Shown: positions 1-11,937, numbered from the stretch's first letter. The stretch is 64,000 nucleotides of DNA from Eledone cirrhosa (GCA_964016885.1 OZ024742.1:87916001-87980000), one strand, 5' to 3'. Numbers and translations: made by a program. The notes: generated by a model not told the origin, from the letters alone.

Positions 1-69
<69 letters not shown>
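1..69. repeat. (TA)n microsatellite
   Basis: Pure AT dinucleotide run. Confidence 0.99.
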
Positions 70-74
<5 letters not shown>

Positions 75-225
75 ATACTTTGGGAGGGTCATGTTGCCAG
101 TAAGAAACACACGCACCAGTTGCTTTCACTTCAATTTAATTTATTATATATTTATAAATTTACAAATTTATAAATTTCTGGTTGGTTGGTTGGTTCCACA
201 ACCAGATAGTTGTTTATATATATAT

Positions 226-270
226 AGACATAGTTCTTTCGTCACACACTCTGTGACCTCTTCAGTGACT
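226..270 (-). ncRNA. Minimal type-I hammerhead ribozyme motif (family A)
   Basis: agtca CTGAAGA g gtcaca-gagtg-tgtgac GAAA gaac TA tgtct; one stem I mismatch. Confidence 0.7.
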
Positions 271-374
271 GGGGATTTCTTTCTTCGTTTCTGTGCCTTT
301 CCTTTCTTCTATCCTACGCAAAATGGCGTAGGATAGAAGAAAGGAAAGGCACAGAAACGAAGAAAGAAATCCCC

Positions 375-419
375 AGTCACTGAAGAGGTCACAGAGTGTG
401 TGACGAAAGAACTATGACT
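375..419 (+). ncRNA. Minimal type-I hammerhead ribozyme motif (family A)
   Basis: agtca CTGAAGA g gtcaca-gagtg-tgtgac GAAA gaac TA tgact: 5-bp stem I, 6-bp stem II, intact core. Confidence 0.8.
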
Positions 420-632
420 ATATATATATAAACAACTATCTGGTTGTGGAACCAACCAACCAACCAGAAATTCATAAATTTGTAAATTTATAAATATATA
501 ATAAATTAAATTGAAGTGAAAGCAACTGGTGCGTGTGTTTCTTATTGGCAACATGACCCTCCCAAAGTATAACAATATCGGTTTCAACACACGATTTCAG
601 ATAAAGAATCTTGCTAAACAAATTCAGAAACG

Positions 633-672
<40 letters not shown>

Positions 673-919
673 TTGCGAGGTTTTTTGTATGAAATCGTGT
701 GTCGAAACAAATATTGTTATACTTGGGGAGGGTCAAACGTGTGTAATATTGCCAGAATTAATAACAGAACACATTCACTGTTTGGTTGGTTTTCGCTTTT
801 CGCTTGTGAGTATTTTATAACGGTAATCTAATTTATTCTGTCCTCAATGTTGCCATTGACTGAACAACGGTCAAAAATAATACAGATACAACATAGACAC
901 AAACACATATATAGGGTTT

Positions 920-961
920 ATCAAAGTTCTTTCGTTGCGCATCTGCAACATCGTTAGTGGT
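920..961 (-). ncRNA. Degenerate hammerhead motif (family B)
   Basis: acca CTAACGA t gttgc-agatgc-gcaac GAAA gaac TT tgat; core G5 mutated. Confidence 0.55.
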
Positions 962-1357
962 GCTATTGTTTCCTCCCGTTGCATTGTATTTTCTACGCCA
1001 TCTTTATTTAGTCTGTTTATATATTTATTTATTTGTTTATTTTATTTTGTCTTCGTTGCGCATGCGTTTGCGTGTGTGTATATTGTGTTGTTTGATATGT
1101 GTTCGTGATTGGGTGACTGTGTATTGGTTAATGCATTCTATCTTTACTAGTGTGTGTTTATATGTGTTTGTTGTTATTGGGCTTGTGTATGTATTTATTT
1201 ATTTATTTATCTATTAATTTATTTGTTTATACTTCTCTTTGGTCAGTGTTGTTTGTTTGGGTGTTGTTGTTATTCCATTCATAACAATAACACCCAAACA
1301 AACGACACTAAATAAAGATGGCGTAGAAAATACTATGCAACGGGAGGAAACTATAGC

Positions 1358-1399
1358 ACCACTGACGATGTTGCAGATGTGCAACGAAAGAACTTTGAT
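1358..1399 (+). ncRNA. Minimal hammerhead motif (family B)
   Basis: acca CTGACGA t gttgca-gatg-tgcaac GAAA gaac TT tgat; weak stem I. Confidence 0.7.
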
Positions 1400-1632
1400 A
1401 AACCCTATATATGTGTTTGTGTCTATATTGTATATGTATTATTTTTGACATTTGGTCAGTCAATGGCAACATTGAGGACCGAATAAATTAGATTACCGAT
1501 ATAAAAGACACAGAAGCGAAAAGCGAAAACCAACCAAACAGTGAGTGTGTTCTGTTATTAATTCTGGCAATATTACACAAATATGACCCTCCCCAAGTAT
1601 AACAATATATATATATATATATATGTATGTAT

Positions 1633-2131
1633 ACCTGACGTACCTAGCTTCGCTTGGATAAACAGACGATAAGCCTGTCGAACACTCGAACTAAATGTAA
1701 ACAAATCGCTGCATAGTTAACGAAATAAATACAACGTGTGTTTATATTTTGTTTTGTAGTTCTGTTTTCCGATGTATTGTGTGTTTGTGAATGCAAAAAT
1801 ATCTGGACACGAATATATAATTATATATATATAAATAACTAAATGTTGGTTAGAAACGAAATCAATGAAGACAGGCAGACATACAGACAAATATTTTAAG
1901 CGCGCAACGTTATAGCTGTGTATCTGTCTTAAAAGAGAGAGTGAGAAAGAGAGAGGAAAGTCGAATAATATATATTATATATAATAAAGTACCAGAAATG
2001 TACCTCTCATTTTCTTCCTTGGAAAAAGTTATACCTATGGTGCAAATTTAGTGCCGTTTTGTCCAGCGGTTTGGCCAAAACTGTGTTACATACATAGATG
2101 CATACATGCATACATACGACCGTCAGGTTTA
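1633..2131 (+). mobile_element. Non-autonomous Helitron/Helentron-like (DINE/HINE-type) element
   Basis: 8-bp subterminal inverted repeat acctgacg (1633-1640) / cgtcaggt (2121-2128), short 5' hairpin, (CATA)n near the 3' end, AT-rich target. Confidence 0.45.
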
Positions 2132-2139
2132 TTAATATA

Positions 2140-3640
2140 TATATATATGTATAGAATTCACATGAATCAAAGTTCTGTTCAAACCATTAATTAGCTTACA
2201 ATTGTTTCGTCCAAACCGAGGTTTGGATTCTTCGGAGCAATTGTTCAATGATTGTTTACATACATGACCTCCTTTCCAACACAAGAGACATACAGATACA
2301 TATGTATATATTGATGCACAGTGGGGTGACATCCATTATAATATTTTTGCATGGCAATTTAAATTCAAAAATTAAAATCATATTAGAACAAAATTATAGT
2401 TAAAATACGACATCGGCAGTTTACAAAGATAATGCAAGAGGATGGTTTGTTAGTCAGTTTAAGTAGATAGTGCATGCAATAGTTACACGTGGGGCATGCA
2501 CGTGTGTCTTATTTATATAAGATTATTGTGCGGAAAGGTGTTATATGCAATAAAAGCACTTTAAGCGGGTAATCAAGAGTATTATGGAGGTTGTAGTGGT
2601 AAAGTATTTTTAAGTGTATGATAAAGAATCTTGTTTGAATAGAAATATTATAAATGAGAAGCAAAATTATGTTATGGTTTTTGTATACACCACCATTTTC
2701 ACAATCCAGGAAACGTAATATATAGTTTATATGTCCTTCACATAATTAACGATGATTCAGTATAGGATGTTTGATGTATTAAGTTAAATTATAACAGCTT
2801 GATGCGGCTCAGTGTTCTTTAATCCAATTTTATAGGGCAGGTTGTTTTTGTTGCGAGAATTTACATCGTTTTATCTTCCGGAAGTATGTGTTTGATTAAG
2901 GGGAGTTACTGCGTGAGGGGAGGTGACTAGCTGATTTCTATAACTAAATTTATTATTCCAATGTACATTAAAAGGTGTCTCAATTAAGTCCCTTATATAT
3001 ATGGTTATATACAGTTTCCAAATTTAAGTATCCTATCTTTGAATTACAGTCTGCTCTATCAAGAAGTACTAAAGGTATCTATATTATGATGATTACTCCC
3101 TATCATAGAGTGCTACAACTGAATATTCCATACGAAGAGTCAGATCTCCATATCAATGTTCTTTGTAAATGTATTTTAATCACAGAACCTGACGGGGTCT
3201 TATTAGAACCATGTCTATATATAACCCCTGGTAAGCTCTGGGTCAGCGCATGGCTGATTTCATGGCAAAGTTAAATATCTCTAGGGTAGACCAAAGAGCA
3301 ATTCTCACTTACAATGTCATTAATCTGGCTATCAAGTTATACATGTATGTATAACTCATATACCACTTGTACGTAATTCATTGTACTCAACATATAGGTT
3401 ATATAGCTCTTCTATGTTAATAAATTAATCTTCTATTTATCTAATGATAGCACTCCATACATACAACAACATTTGCACAAATAATTCAGTGTTTAATGTT
3501 TACATATAATTATATAGTGATATAATGTAGTCTAAGTAATTAAAGGTAATTATACTAAAAGTATGTGTACATGGGGAAATTTCTAGAGTAAAAGGTTTTA
3601 GATAGATGTCACGAATTGTGTTAAGATAGGGTGGATCATA
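2140..3640 (-). pseudogene. Highly decayed PLE (RT C-terminus, GIY-YIG remnant, pLTR)
   Basis: Minus-strand remnant IRDIYLKP near 3600 resembles the PLE TD.Y.KP motif; N.IY..C-like remnant near 2700; hammerhead motif at the 3' end. Confidence 0.55.
2189..2242 (-). ncRNA. Degenerate minimal hammerhead motif
   Basis: aattgct CCGAAGA a tccaaacc-tc-ggtttgga c GAAA caattg TA agctaatt; palindromic stem III, U4C core change. Confidence 0.65.
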
Positions 3641-3684
3641 TATACATATATATGTATATATGTGTATATATGTATATATATATC

Positions 3685-3729
<45 letters not shown>

Positions 3730-3765
3730 ATATGTGTATATATGTATATATATATATATATGTAT
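3640..3765. repeat. (TA)n/(TATG)n microsatellite
   Basis: Imperfect dinucleotide run. Confidence 0.95.
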
Positions 3766-3960
3766 AACGAAGGAAATGTGGTAAGGAACCAGGTGGACCA
3801 TAACGCACCAAAGTACTCAATACTTAGGGAAGTAGAGTGGGTAATAGGAACGAGTAGGACCCCGACGGCTGAGCTCAGGCGGTTTCGACGGCTAATTCAG
3901 TCCAGAATTAGCCGTCGAAACGGCCTGAGCTCAGCCGTCGGGGTCCTACTCGTTCCTATA
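3766..3960. mobile_element. Miniature fold-back element with half-hammerheads
   Basis: 55-bp arms 3844-3898 and 3905-3959 (1 mismatch), tail 3766-3843; homologous to 30431-30570. Confidence 0.85.
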
Positions 3961-3989
3961 TATATGTATATATACATATATACATATGA

Positions 3990-4575
3990 CAATTAACCCA
4001 GTACAACCTATCGCATGGTCGAGTCGTCGGCGACTAAACGGGCAACCCCTACAAGTTTACTTTACAGGAGGCTGATTTTGATACTCTGCAGGACAAAAAA
4101 CAACACCTGACAAAGGGCGGTAGAAGTCATAAGAGTAAACGGCTATCCAAAAGTGTGTAAATATGTATATACCCATGTACATATGTATGTATATGTGTAT
4201 ATACATGGGTGCATGTGTATGTATATGCGCGGGCACATAGAAATAGACGGGCTGGTCACCTGATCGCGCCGTTAAACCACTGGGAGTGAAGGAACCCTAG
4301 TCTTTGTCGCGCATTCTTCTAGGAGAAAGCAACTCAGGAAACTGGGGTAACTACGACATAAAACCGATATAAAACCGATGATTTTGATTTTGTCTCCTTT
4401 TCAGGTTATAGCTATTGTCGCTCAGAGAGTGGGATTGGTTCAGTGCCCAGTCTTTCCTCACTTTAAAAAATATCTCCACGCACAGACATCGAACAATAGA
4501 ATTAATTAATAATTATTAATAATGTTATATCGTGCAATGGCCATACTCGATAACGAGGGGGCAGCCATAAGTCAT
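3990..4575 (+). repeat. Probable LINE 5'UTR-derived interspersed repeat
   Basis: GC-richer block between microsatellites; 4282-4336 resembles the 5'UTR of the R4/Dong element at 36804-36871. Confidence 0.35.
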
Positions 4576-4589
4576 GTATGTATGTATGT

Positions 4590-5002
4590 AAAAGGTAAAC
4601 AGTAATAATAACACAATCGGTACAGTATATGGTAGGGATATATTAGGTTAACGCTTGATATAGCAGCAAGACGGTCTTAACGTTTCGGACGCTAGCACTT
4701 CATCAGAAGAAAGAATGAGAAATAAGATAGATTGAGTGGACGGGCGGGTTGGAATTGGATAAAATGTCTATAGATAAAAATAATCGGTCTATTTAGTTAT
4801 ATATTATCCTTACCGAGCCCTCTTCGGATTTTATTCTTCACTTATATTATCATTACTATATCTTTTTATTTGATATTTCATATTCTCTCTTTTGATTAAA
4901 GACTAGTGTCCGAAATGTTAAGACTACTATATCGAGAGTGAAACTGATTCATTTCTTCAATGTACTGTGTCATTTGATATGTTATTTATGTTTTTATTTT
5001 GC
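4590..5002. mobile_element. Old PLE 3'-end fold-back element
   Basis: 4590-4860 (-) carries a hammerhead and shares 4806-4858 with 28750-28800 and 32345-32395; 4860-5002 is a diverged inverted copy. Confidence 0.6.
4675..4710 (-). ncRNA. Minimal hammerhead motif
   Basis: tctt CTGATGA agtgctagcgtcc GAAA cg TT aaga; stem II imperfect, stem III region is the palindrome AACGTT. Confidence 0.55.
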
Positions 5003-5169
5003 ATATATATATATATATGTATATATGTATAATAGATGACATGTTATTGCGCCTGAAGATAAAGATTGCATTTCTATTGGACAGTTTTAAATATCTGCCT
5101 GCAACCATTATGTAATGTTTACCGGGTTTTCATCTAGTCTCATCTATATACATTGATAAACCAGTCACA

Positions 5170-5716
5170 GATGCTTCCTAACAGCCACTACTCAAGTTTC
5201 TACCCAATGTACATGGTTTCAGCCCTTCCATCATTACACAAATATTAAAGGTACAATTCCTTGTGGATTGTGTTGGTAATCATCTACCCCACATGGATTT
5301 CTTCATCTTAACTGAGACACATCGCGATAACTCAAATTTGGAACCTGAAGTGAAGGTGGAGACTTTTCATAATTATCTGCCATTTTCCTGGTTTATTTCT
5401 TTGCAGGTGAGAGAACCATCACATTCTCCAATGGTTTATTTGAATCGGTAACCTTTCACAACAAACGATTAGATATTAGTCGGGCTCTATAGGCCATCAC
5501 AAAGGCCCACACTGCTCTTTAAATAATGCCTCAAAGCATTAACTGTTTTATTAAACAGTGCCATTCTGGTAATGCACTAATCATGGGAGATTTCAATCTA
5601 CACTGTGATGATTGGTCAACAAACAGTTTGAAAGAAAGTACTTCCACCCCAACAACTGACAAAGCAGCAGTTGAGTCATTTCTCAATTTTATGGATGAGT
5701 TTTTCTTGTGCTAGAT
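5170..5716 (+). pseudogene. CR1-group LINE, AP-endonuclease fragment
   Basis: ILTETH, LYRP and IMGDFN motifs in broken frames. Confidence 0.7.
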
Positions 5717-5963
5717 CACAGGTTCTCAACCGATTTAGGTCAAACGCCCCTCTTTGTGCCACGAAATGATGGAAAGCCCCCTGCCTTATTTTCTCATTTT
5801 TCAATATACTACTGATGTTGATATAAGCCGACTACTAAAGAAATTGATTAATAACATTCCAAAGATACCATTGCAGGCAGCTGAGTGTATAAATACATTC
5901 CTTGAAAGGAAATATATAAATTTCAAAAAAAGGAACATAAATGTTCTTCTTTATGATTAAGGA

Positions 5964-6225
5964 AGGCGCATGATTTAGTGGTTAGAGCATTGGGCTTGCA
6001 ATCGAAAGGTTGTGAGCTCAATTCTCGGACCGGGTGATGTGTTATTTCCTTGAGCAAGACAGTTTATTTCACATTGCTGTACTCAGTTTACTCAGCTGTA
6101 GAAATCAAGACAGAATCAGTTCCTGTATGAGCAAGACAAGGTCAGCCAACCGGTCACTGCCCAGAACAGGACAACCCGTCTAACCCATGCTAGCGTGGAA
6201 GAACGGACGTAAAACGGTGTTGCTG
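5964..6225 (+). mobile_element. tRNA-derived SINE nested in the hAT
   Basis: A box tagtggttag, B-box-like gagctcaattc, central ccttgagcaagac domain, 3' stem-loop tail. Confidence 0.7.
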
Positions 6226-6639
6226 AAGGACCAGTTGAATTTGTGATATTCCCACCAGGCGATACCATCTATTTTGAATATTTATACAAGAGAAACTCTG
6301 TCTATCGAAAGAGTGGTCTTATCTGGAAGAAAGTGGCAATTATATAATTTCAAAGCTTTCCAATTTTACTTTTATTGAAACGGACAGAATAAATGTTGAT
6401 ATCTGACTCGATGTCCCCTCCACTTTGTGAGCTTAGAGACCACGGAAGAGGGTTTTCATGACTATATACCCATATATTTATTAGTAAATGTTAAAATATA
6501 TACAACAAATGAGTAAGTGAATTGTAGTAGATGGTTTCCTGTCCAGTCAGACTGCAACTACAAATAAAACAATTGTTAGTTTGCTTTGTAACAATAGCAT
6601 ATCTAAGTTTTCGGATAAATCAACTTACTTTAACCTTTA

Positions 6640-7710
6640 CCTCATTTCAATGGAACCCTTGAGCTTCATGGAGTCTAGCTAGCTCCTTGACGTGAGGCTG
6701 AATTTTCGTAAGATGTAGCCAGCGATCTACACGTGTAATTACATTGTATCGGTTGCAAGACTTACTGTGCATTCTGGAAACAGCACCAAACCCGCTCTCA
6801 ACTAAGTATCAGCTTGGAAAAGGCAGAGCAAATCTCTTAGCCTCAGCATGTATGAGTGGAAATCGATGCTGAATTTCCTGTTGCATCCAAAAAAGAGGTT
6901 CACCTATTTTGGGAAATCTAATTTTGATCATGTCATCTGCTTGAAGTTCAATGAATTCTTCCTGAAATTTAACGTCCAAATCCTCGACGGTAGCTATGAA
7001 GGAATCTGCTATCCACATCGGGATGTCCATTAGAAAAAGGTCAACAAACCATTCTCTCATGCCGTCTTGTAGTGCACGGAGGTGAACGGTATAAATTTGG
7101 AGTTGGTCATCGCTTACAATGTTTTGAAATTGGCGACACAAGGAAAATTATAGATTTCCCATCAACAAAGATTCCTTTGGATGACATTCAATTTGGCCAG
7201 GAATGTTTTCACAGAATTCCTTGCTTTAAGCAAGGTCATTTTCTTTCCCTGCAAAGCCATAATGACGCTATTGCATATGTCAAAGATGTTAGCGAGGTAG
7301 GCGCAGTCTTGCCTCACATCGAAGGTTTTCTTGTACAGTTCTGTGTTGCGTCCTCGAAGAAACTCAATGATAGAGTCGAAGACTTTAAAGAAGTGAATAA
7401 GGCACTTGCCCTTTGAAAACTACCTCACTTCAGTATGAAGGTGCAACTTGACGAATTCTTCGTCATTATCTTGGCACAGTTGTCGAAAAATTCGTTCATT
7501 GAAGGAATGGCGTTTGATAAAATTAATGACATGAATGGGTACCTGCATGGACGTGCTCAGCGGCTCACTGAGTTTCTTCGCAGCCAAGTGTTGTCAATGA
7601 ATGACACAATGAATAGCAAATACAGATAGATTTTCTCTCTTCAGAAGAGTGACGAAACCCTTATGTTGGCCGACCATTGCTCTTGTTTCGTTCGTAGCAC
7701 ATGATACAAT
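6640..7710 (-). pseudogene. hAT transposase remnant (Buster/ZBED5-8-like)
   Basis: IHCVIH.QHLAAKKLS, HTEVR..SKG, EEFIELQAD and ALPFPS.YLVESGF motifs with stops and frameshifts. Confidence 0.85.
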
Positions 7711-8025
7711 GTGTGTTGTATGTAGTCCTATATGTATGTATTACCTGCTTACGTATTGCATGTGGTCCCAGCTGTATGTATAACTTGCTTGTGTGTTGTA
7801 TGTGGTCCTAGATGTGTGTATTACCTGCTTATGTGTTGTATGTGGTCCTAGATGTGTATTACCTGCTTATGTGTTGTATGTGGTCCTAGATGTGTGTATT
7901 ATCTGATTATGTGTTGTATGTGGTCCTCGATGCGTGTACTACCTGATTATGAGGTGTATGTGGTCCTAGATGTGTGTATTACCTGCTTATGTGTTGTATG
8001 TGGTCCTAGATGTGTGTGCTACCCG
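7709..8025 (+). repeat. ~40-bp minisatellite, about 8 copies
   Basis: Unit atgtgtgtattacctgcttatgtgttgtatgtggtcctag. Confidence 0.9.
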
Positions 8026-8500
8026 CTTTTGTGCGTTTTCATTTCTTTTTTTGTTTGTAATATTATTTGTACAATAGGGAATAAAATAGATCTACATAGT
8101 GTTATCTCGTTACGGTTGAGTCAATAATTTCACACATGAAATACATTGCTATCGGTGAAGGAAAGACACGTTTCTAATTGGCTGTGCTCAAAGTTTCCTT
8201 GACCCAGTTGACTGTGGGGTCTTTCCATTTGTAAGATCTCAATTGCCGAATAATATCTAGACACGCCTACACACCTGTTTACAGCTGCGGTCAGGCCATA
8301 GTTATGCTGTCTGCATGCTCATTCAAATGCACTCACACTGGCTGTCTCAGAGACATACAAATATGGCTTATAAAACTTACCAAAGTAAAGAGCCTTCCAG
8401 TGCCCCCTAGTGCGCCCTGACAGCCCCTTGCTCTAAAACGCCCCCCTGGAGTTACAAAACGTCCCTTGAGGGTGCATATTCCCCCCGTTGAGAACCTTTG

Positions 8501-10300
8501 CCTAGATTAAACTTGCACTAACAGGATATTAGAAAAACATTTTAGACGAAGTGTTTAGTAACACTATACATAATATTGAATAACCCTTCTATCAGACGAC
8601 GACATGGATTTCTGACCAATAACTCCACCAGCCGAAGGCTAAACACAATGACATCTCTCCAGCTCACATATGTGATAACATGGATTTTCATAATACTAGC
8701 TAGGATGCAATCATTAACGACCTATTACATGTTGACTGGTTTGCTCACACGCACAAACCTCTATGAACATCAGAATGTATTGGCAAATAGTTCTAGAGAC
8801 TGTGACAAACAAATGTCCTAAACACACACAGGCCAACATCTGTGTACAAACTAAGTGCAGAACCCCACCGAACAGATACACTATTATCAGAAAAATGAAA
8901 AGAACGAAAACATTTTAAGAAACTAAAGTATTCGACTGCTCTCACTCTGCTCAAATAAAGAAAAGTATAGCCTCTAACAAGGCATAAAGACATTCATCAA
9001 TAAATAACGAACAGTTGATGTGAAATGGGTCATTCAGAAAATCAAACTAAATCTCAAATTGTCTTATTTATTTGCGAAAAAGAGAAATACCGCCGTCTCC
9101 TCTGTTGGCCCTCTGATTGATAAAAATGGCACACTCCAAGACAATGCCAAACCTATGTGTGAGATAACTACAGAAGCAATACTACTGTGTTTTCGGGTAT
9201 TAAGATATGGTTGACCTAGCCTGAATCAGTGATGTTAATCTCCAACACACTATAAATGAGATAACGTTTGGTGCCCCTGTTGTCTTACTGGCAGTAGAGG
9301 AAATTAAACACAACCCGGCAGTAGGCCCCAATAGGTTCCCTGCTAGTGACCTGAAGGTGGGTCAAAATCAACTTGCATCTGTTTTAGTTAAAATCTGAAG
9401 GATCTCACTTGATGCTGGCTATATAACAGAATAATTTGTAGCAAATTACCGTCCGTTCTCACTTACGTCTCATAACGTTAATGTATTTGAAAGAGTGCTG
9501 ACATGACGAATAACTCACTTTCTTGACAGCAACAATCTGTTGAACTACCAACATGGGTTCCCTAATGGAGGCGACTGTCTAACAAAGCTCCTGCATCATT
9601 TTTGTGATATTTTAAGAGCGTTTGGAGAGGGATCCAGCATGGATATCATATACCTTGATGTCAGCAAGGACTTTGAATGGGTTGATAACAATATTCTACT
9701 GAAGAAACTATCCACCATTGGTGTCGCTGAAAAGTAACTGCAATGGATCGATTGTGTCCTGACAAACAGTGCCCAACATACTGTAGTCGAAAGAGTGCAG
9801 CCAAAGTCAGTACTGACGTCTCACAAAGCACTGTGTTCGGCCCACTACTTTTCATTATCTATATGAATGACATTATTGACGTCATTCCCAAAATCAAGAT
9901 ATTCATCAATAGAGTGGGTGACCGGATATGCCTTCATTCAGATCTACTTGCTGTTATCTAATGGGCGAAAGAAACAAAATAATATGCTACGAAACAAGTC
10001 TAAATTCGAATTAATCCACTTTCGAGAAGATGATGTACTAAAACTCTCATATTCCATTCCTTTACGTGAAACTCTCGTGGCATCCAACACCATCAGCGAC
10101 TAGGGAGTAATTGTAGATAACAACATAACCTGGCTCACTCATATAAACATAAAGGTTAACATGGTCCGCAGAATGTGTTCCTTCATTCTGGGAAAGCATA
10201 TGTGGTACCAGGCAACTTAGTACACATATAGAAAGCCTTCTCATATACCACAAATTGTTGCCGCTGTATTACTGCCTAATGAAGACTCCCAAGGATACAA
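8501..10300 (+). pseudogene. CR1-group LINE, continuation with RT remnant
   Basis: NYRPFSLTS, QHGF, DIIYLDVSKDF and VSQSTVFGPLLFIIYMND motifs; resumes right after the hAT. Confidence 0.8.
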
Positions 10301-11771
10301 GGGACCTAATGCAACTAAAATACGCCCGAACGTCGCCAGCAAAACATCACCTCTCCTGAAAATAAAATGGTTCCTAGCATGGCTATGTAACCCATCAAAA
10401 TCACAGGTAGCATCGCACTTTGAAAATAGCCAGCATCTTCTAAACCTCATTCAGTATTTCGTTGAAGAACACAATAAACGCGGTCACGCTGGATGTGCGT
10501 TCAATATATTCCAGCATTCCACTATCAGATGCTATACTCTCAGGTGAACAGCATTTGGAGGAAAGACAGTGACATACAGCAGACTTACCGCTCAGCCCGC
10601 TTCATTTCGCTCCTGGAATTCCCCATCAACAAAACATTGTTGACGTAAAGAAACATGACCTACAAGCAATCCAGCGGTCTCACAAAGCGTTGCCTACTCG
10701 GCGGATCACCGGTATCCTGAATTTTAGATATGAACATATATTATTAAATTATAACACTTCGAAATAGTAAAAAAAGTGCTGTACCGTCAATATGTTGTAT
10801 GTTAAAGGCGCTTATCTAACCAGAAAATAGTGCAAAGTAGCAAAGAATACTTCGTAAAAAGACAATAAAAGTCGTTAAGAGATTTTAATTCATAAATAGG
10901 TTTAGTCTAGCGGAATTGCGATTTAAATACCAACATAGACAATGTTGTTGACATAATATCAGGGTATTTAATGTGTAAATAAAACTGTATAATAACTATC
11001 ATTTAAAACACTACAGGTTAGATTATCATATCACTTGTCATCACTGCAACGAAACTAGGTCTAAATAAAACTACGAATATTTACATATTTGAGCTATTAA
11101 GTTTCTAATGGAATTCAATCAAAACATAGAATTTATCGATTTTCAATAAATTGCTTATTTTAATGATATATTTACAATTGACAGAATTAAATATTATTTA
11201 TGCATTGAAATAAGTGTAGTGATACATATAATCCTGTTGCAATGCTTACATTAATTGCGACAGAAATATATACATACTAAAAATATGTTTATATTCAAAT
11301 CGCATTCTACATTAGTCGCGTAATGAGGTTTAGACTTTGGGAACATTAAGTAATTTAATTAAATTATGAAATTTTTTATTGGCTTTACGACAAAACTTTG
11401 CAAGCTGACACTATTTTGCGAAGACTACCAGTCACTACCCACCATTTTGTAATTATCACTGAATATGAAAATATTTCAGGCTGTATCTGCTGACTTGCAG
11501 GCTCCATGATTTCATAACTTTATGGCAAACTTACTCATATTCATCTTCGAATATGAGCTGCAAATAACAGCAGAAATTATTGAAATATTATAATCGTTGC
11601 AGCTTCAAAAAAGGGACGACAGCATCCGACACGTTCAAATTTGAATTAAATACCGTGAATACATTTCATATTTCAGTTATCGTTAATGACATACATCAGA
11701 TGAATCAATTTGTATTAAAAATGTTAAGCATGTTATGTATATTTCGAAGACATCAAGGTTGTTTCGTCCGT

Positions 11772-11780
11772 AATAATAAT

Positions 11781-11844
<64 letters not shown>

Positions 11845-11857
11845 ATATATATATATA

Positions 11858-11934
<77 letters not shown>
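11772..11934. repeat. (TAA)n then (TA)n microsatellite
   Basis: Direct reading. Confidence 0.98.

Positions 11935-11937
<3 letters not shown>

Larger units (their letters stand above)
70..633. mobile_element. Non-coding fold-back copy of PLE pseudo-LTR (family A)
   Basis: Arms 70-319 and 326-575 are near-perfect reverse complements, with a ~58-nt tail on the right only. Sequence matches the termini of the coding PLE at 21840 and 28603. Flanked by (TA)n. Confidence 0.9.
670..1607. mobile_element. Non-coding fold-back PLE pseudo-LTR element (family B)
   Basis: Arms ~712-1010 and ~1309-1607 inverted, tail 670-711. Terminus gaccctccccaagtataacaata is shared with family A. Flanked by (TA)n. Confidence 0.85.
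5717..8500 (-). mobile_element. hAT (Charlie/Buster-type) DNA transposon
   Basis: TIRs cacaggttctcaac / gttgagaacctttg, CTAGAT duplicated on both flanks, transposase remnant inside. Confidence 0.85.

Noticed and set aside
3500-3996. ORFs rich in YI, HT or CV dipeptides (also 11580-11978, 20121-20983, 31753-32256, 57012-57197)
   Set aside because: Translations of (TA)n and (TG)n microsatellites, not genes.
7709-8025. Regular 40-bp repeats resembling a CRISPR array
   Set aside because: No unique spacers, eukaryotic context and no cas genes; it is a minisatellite.
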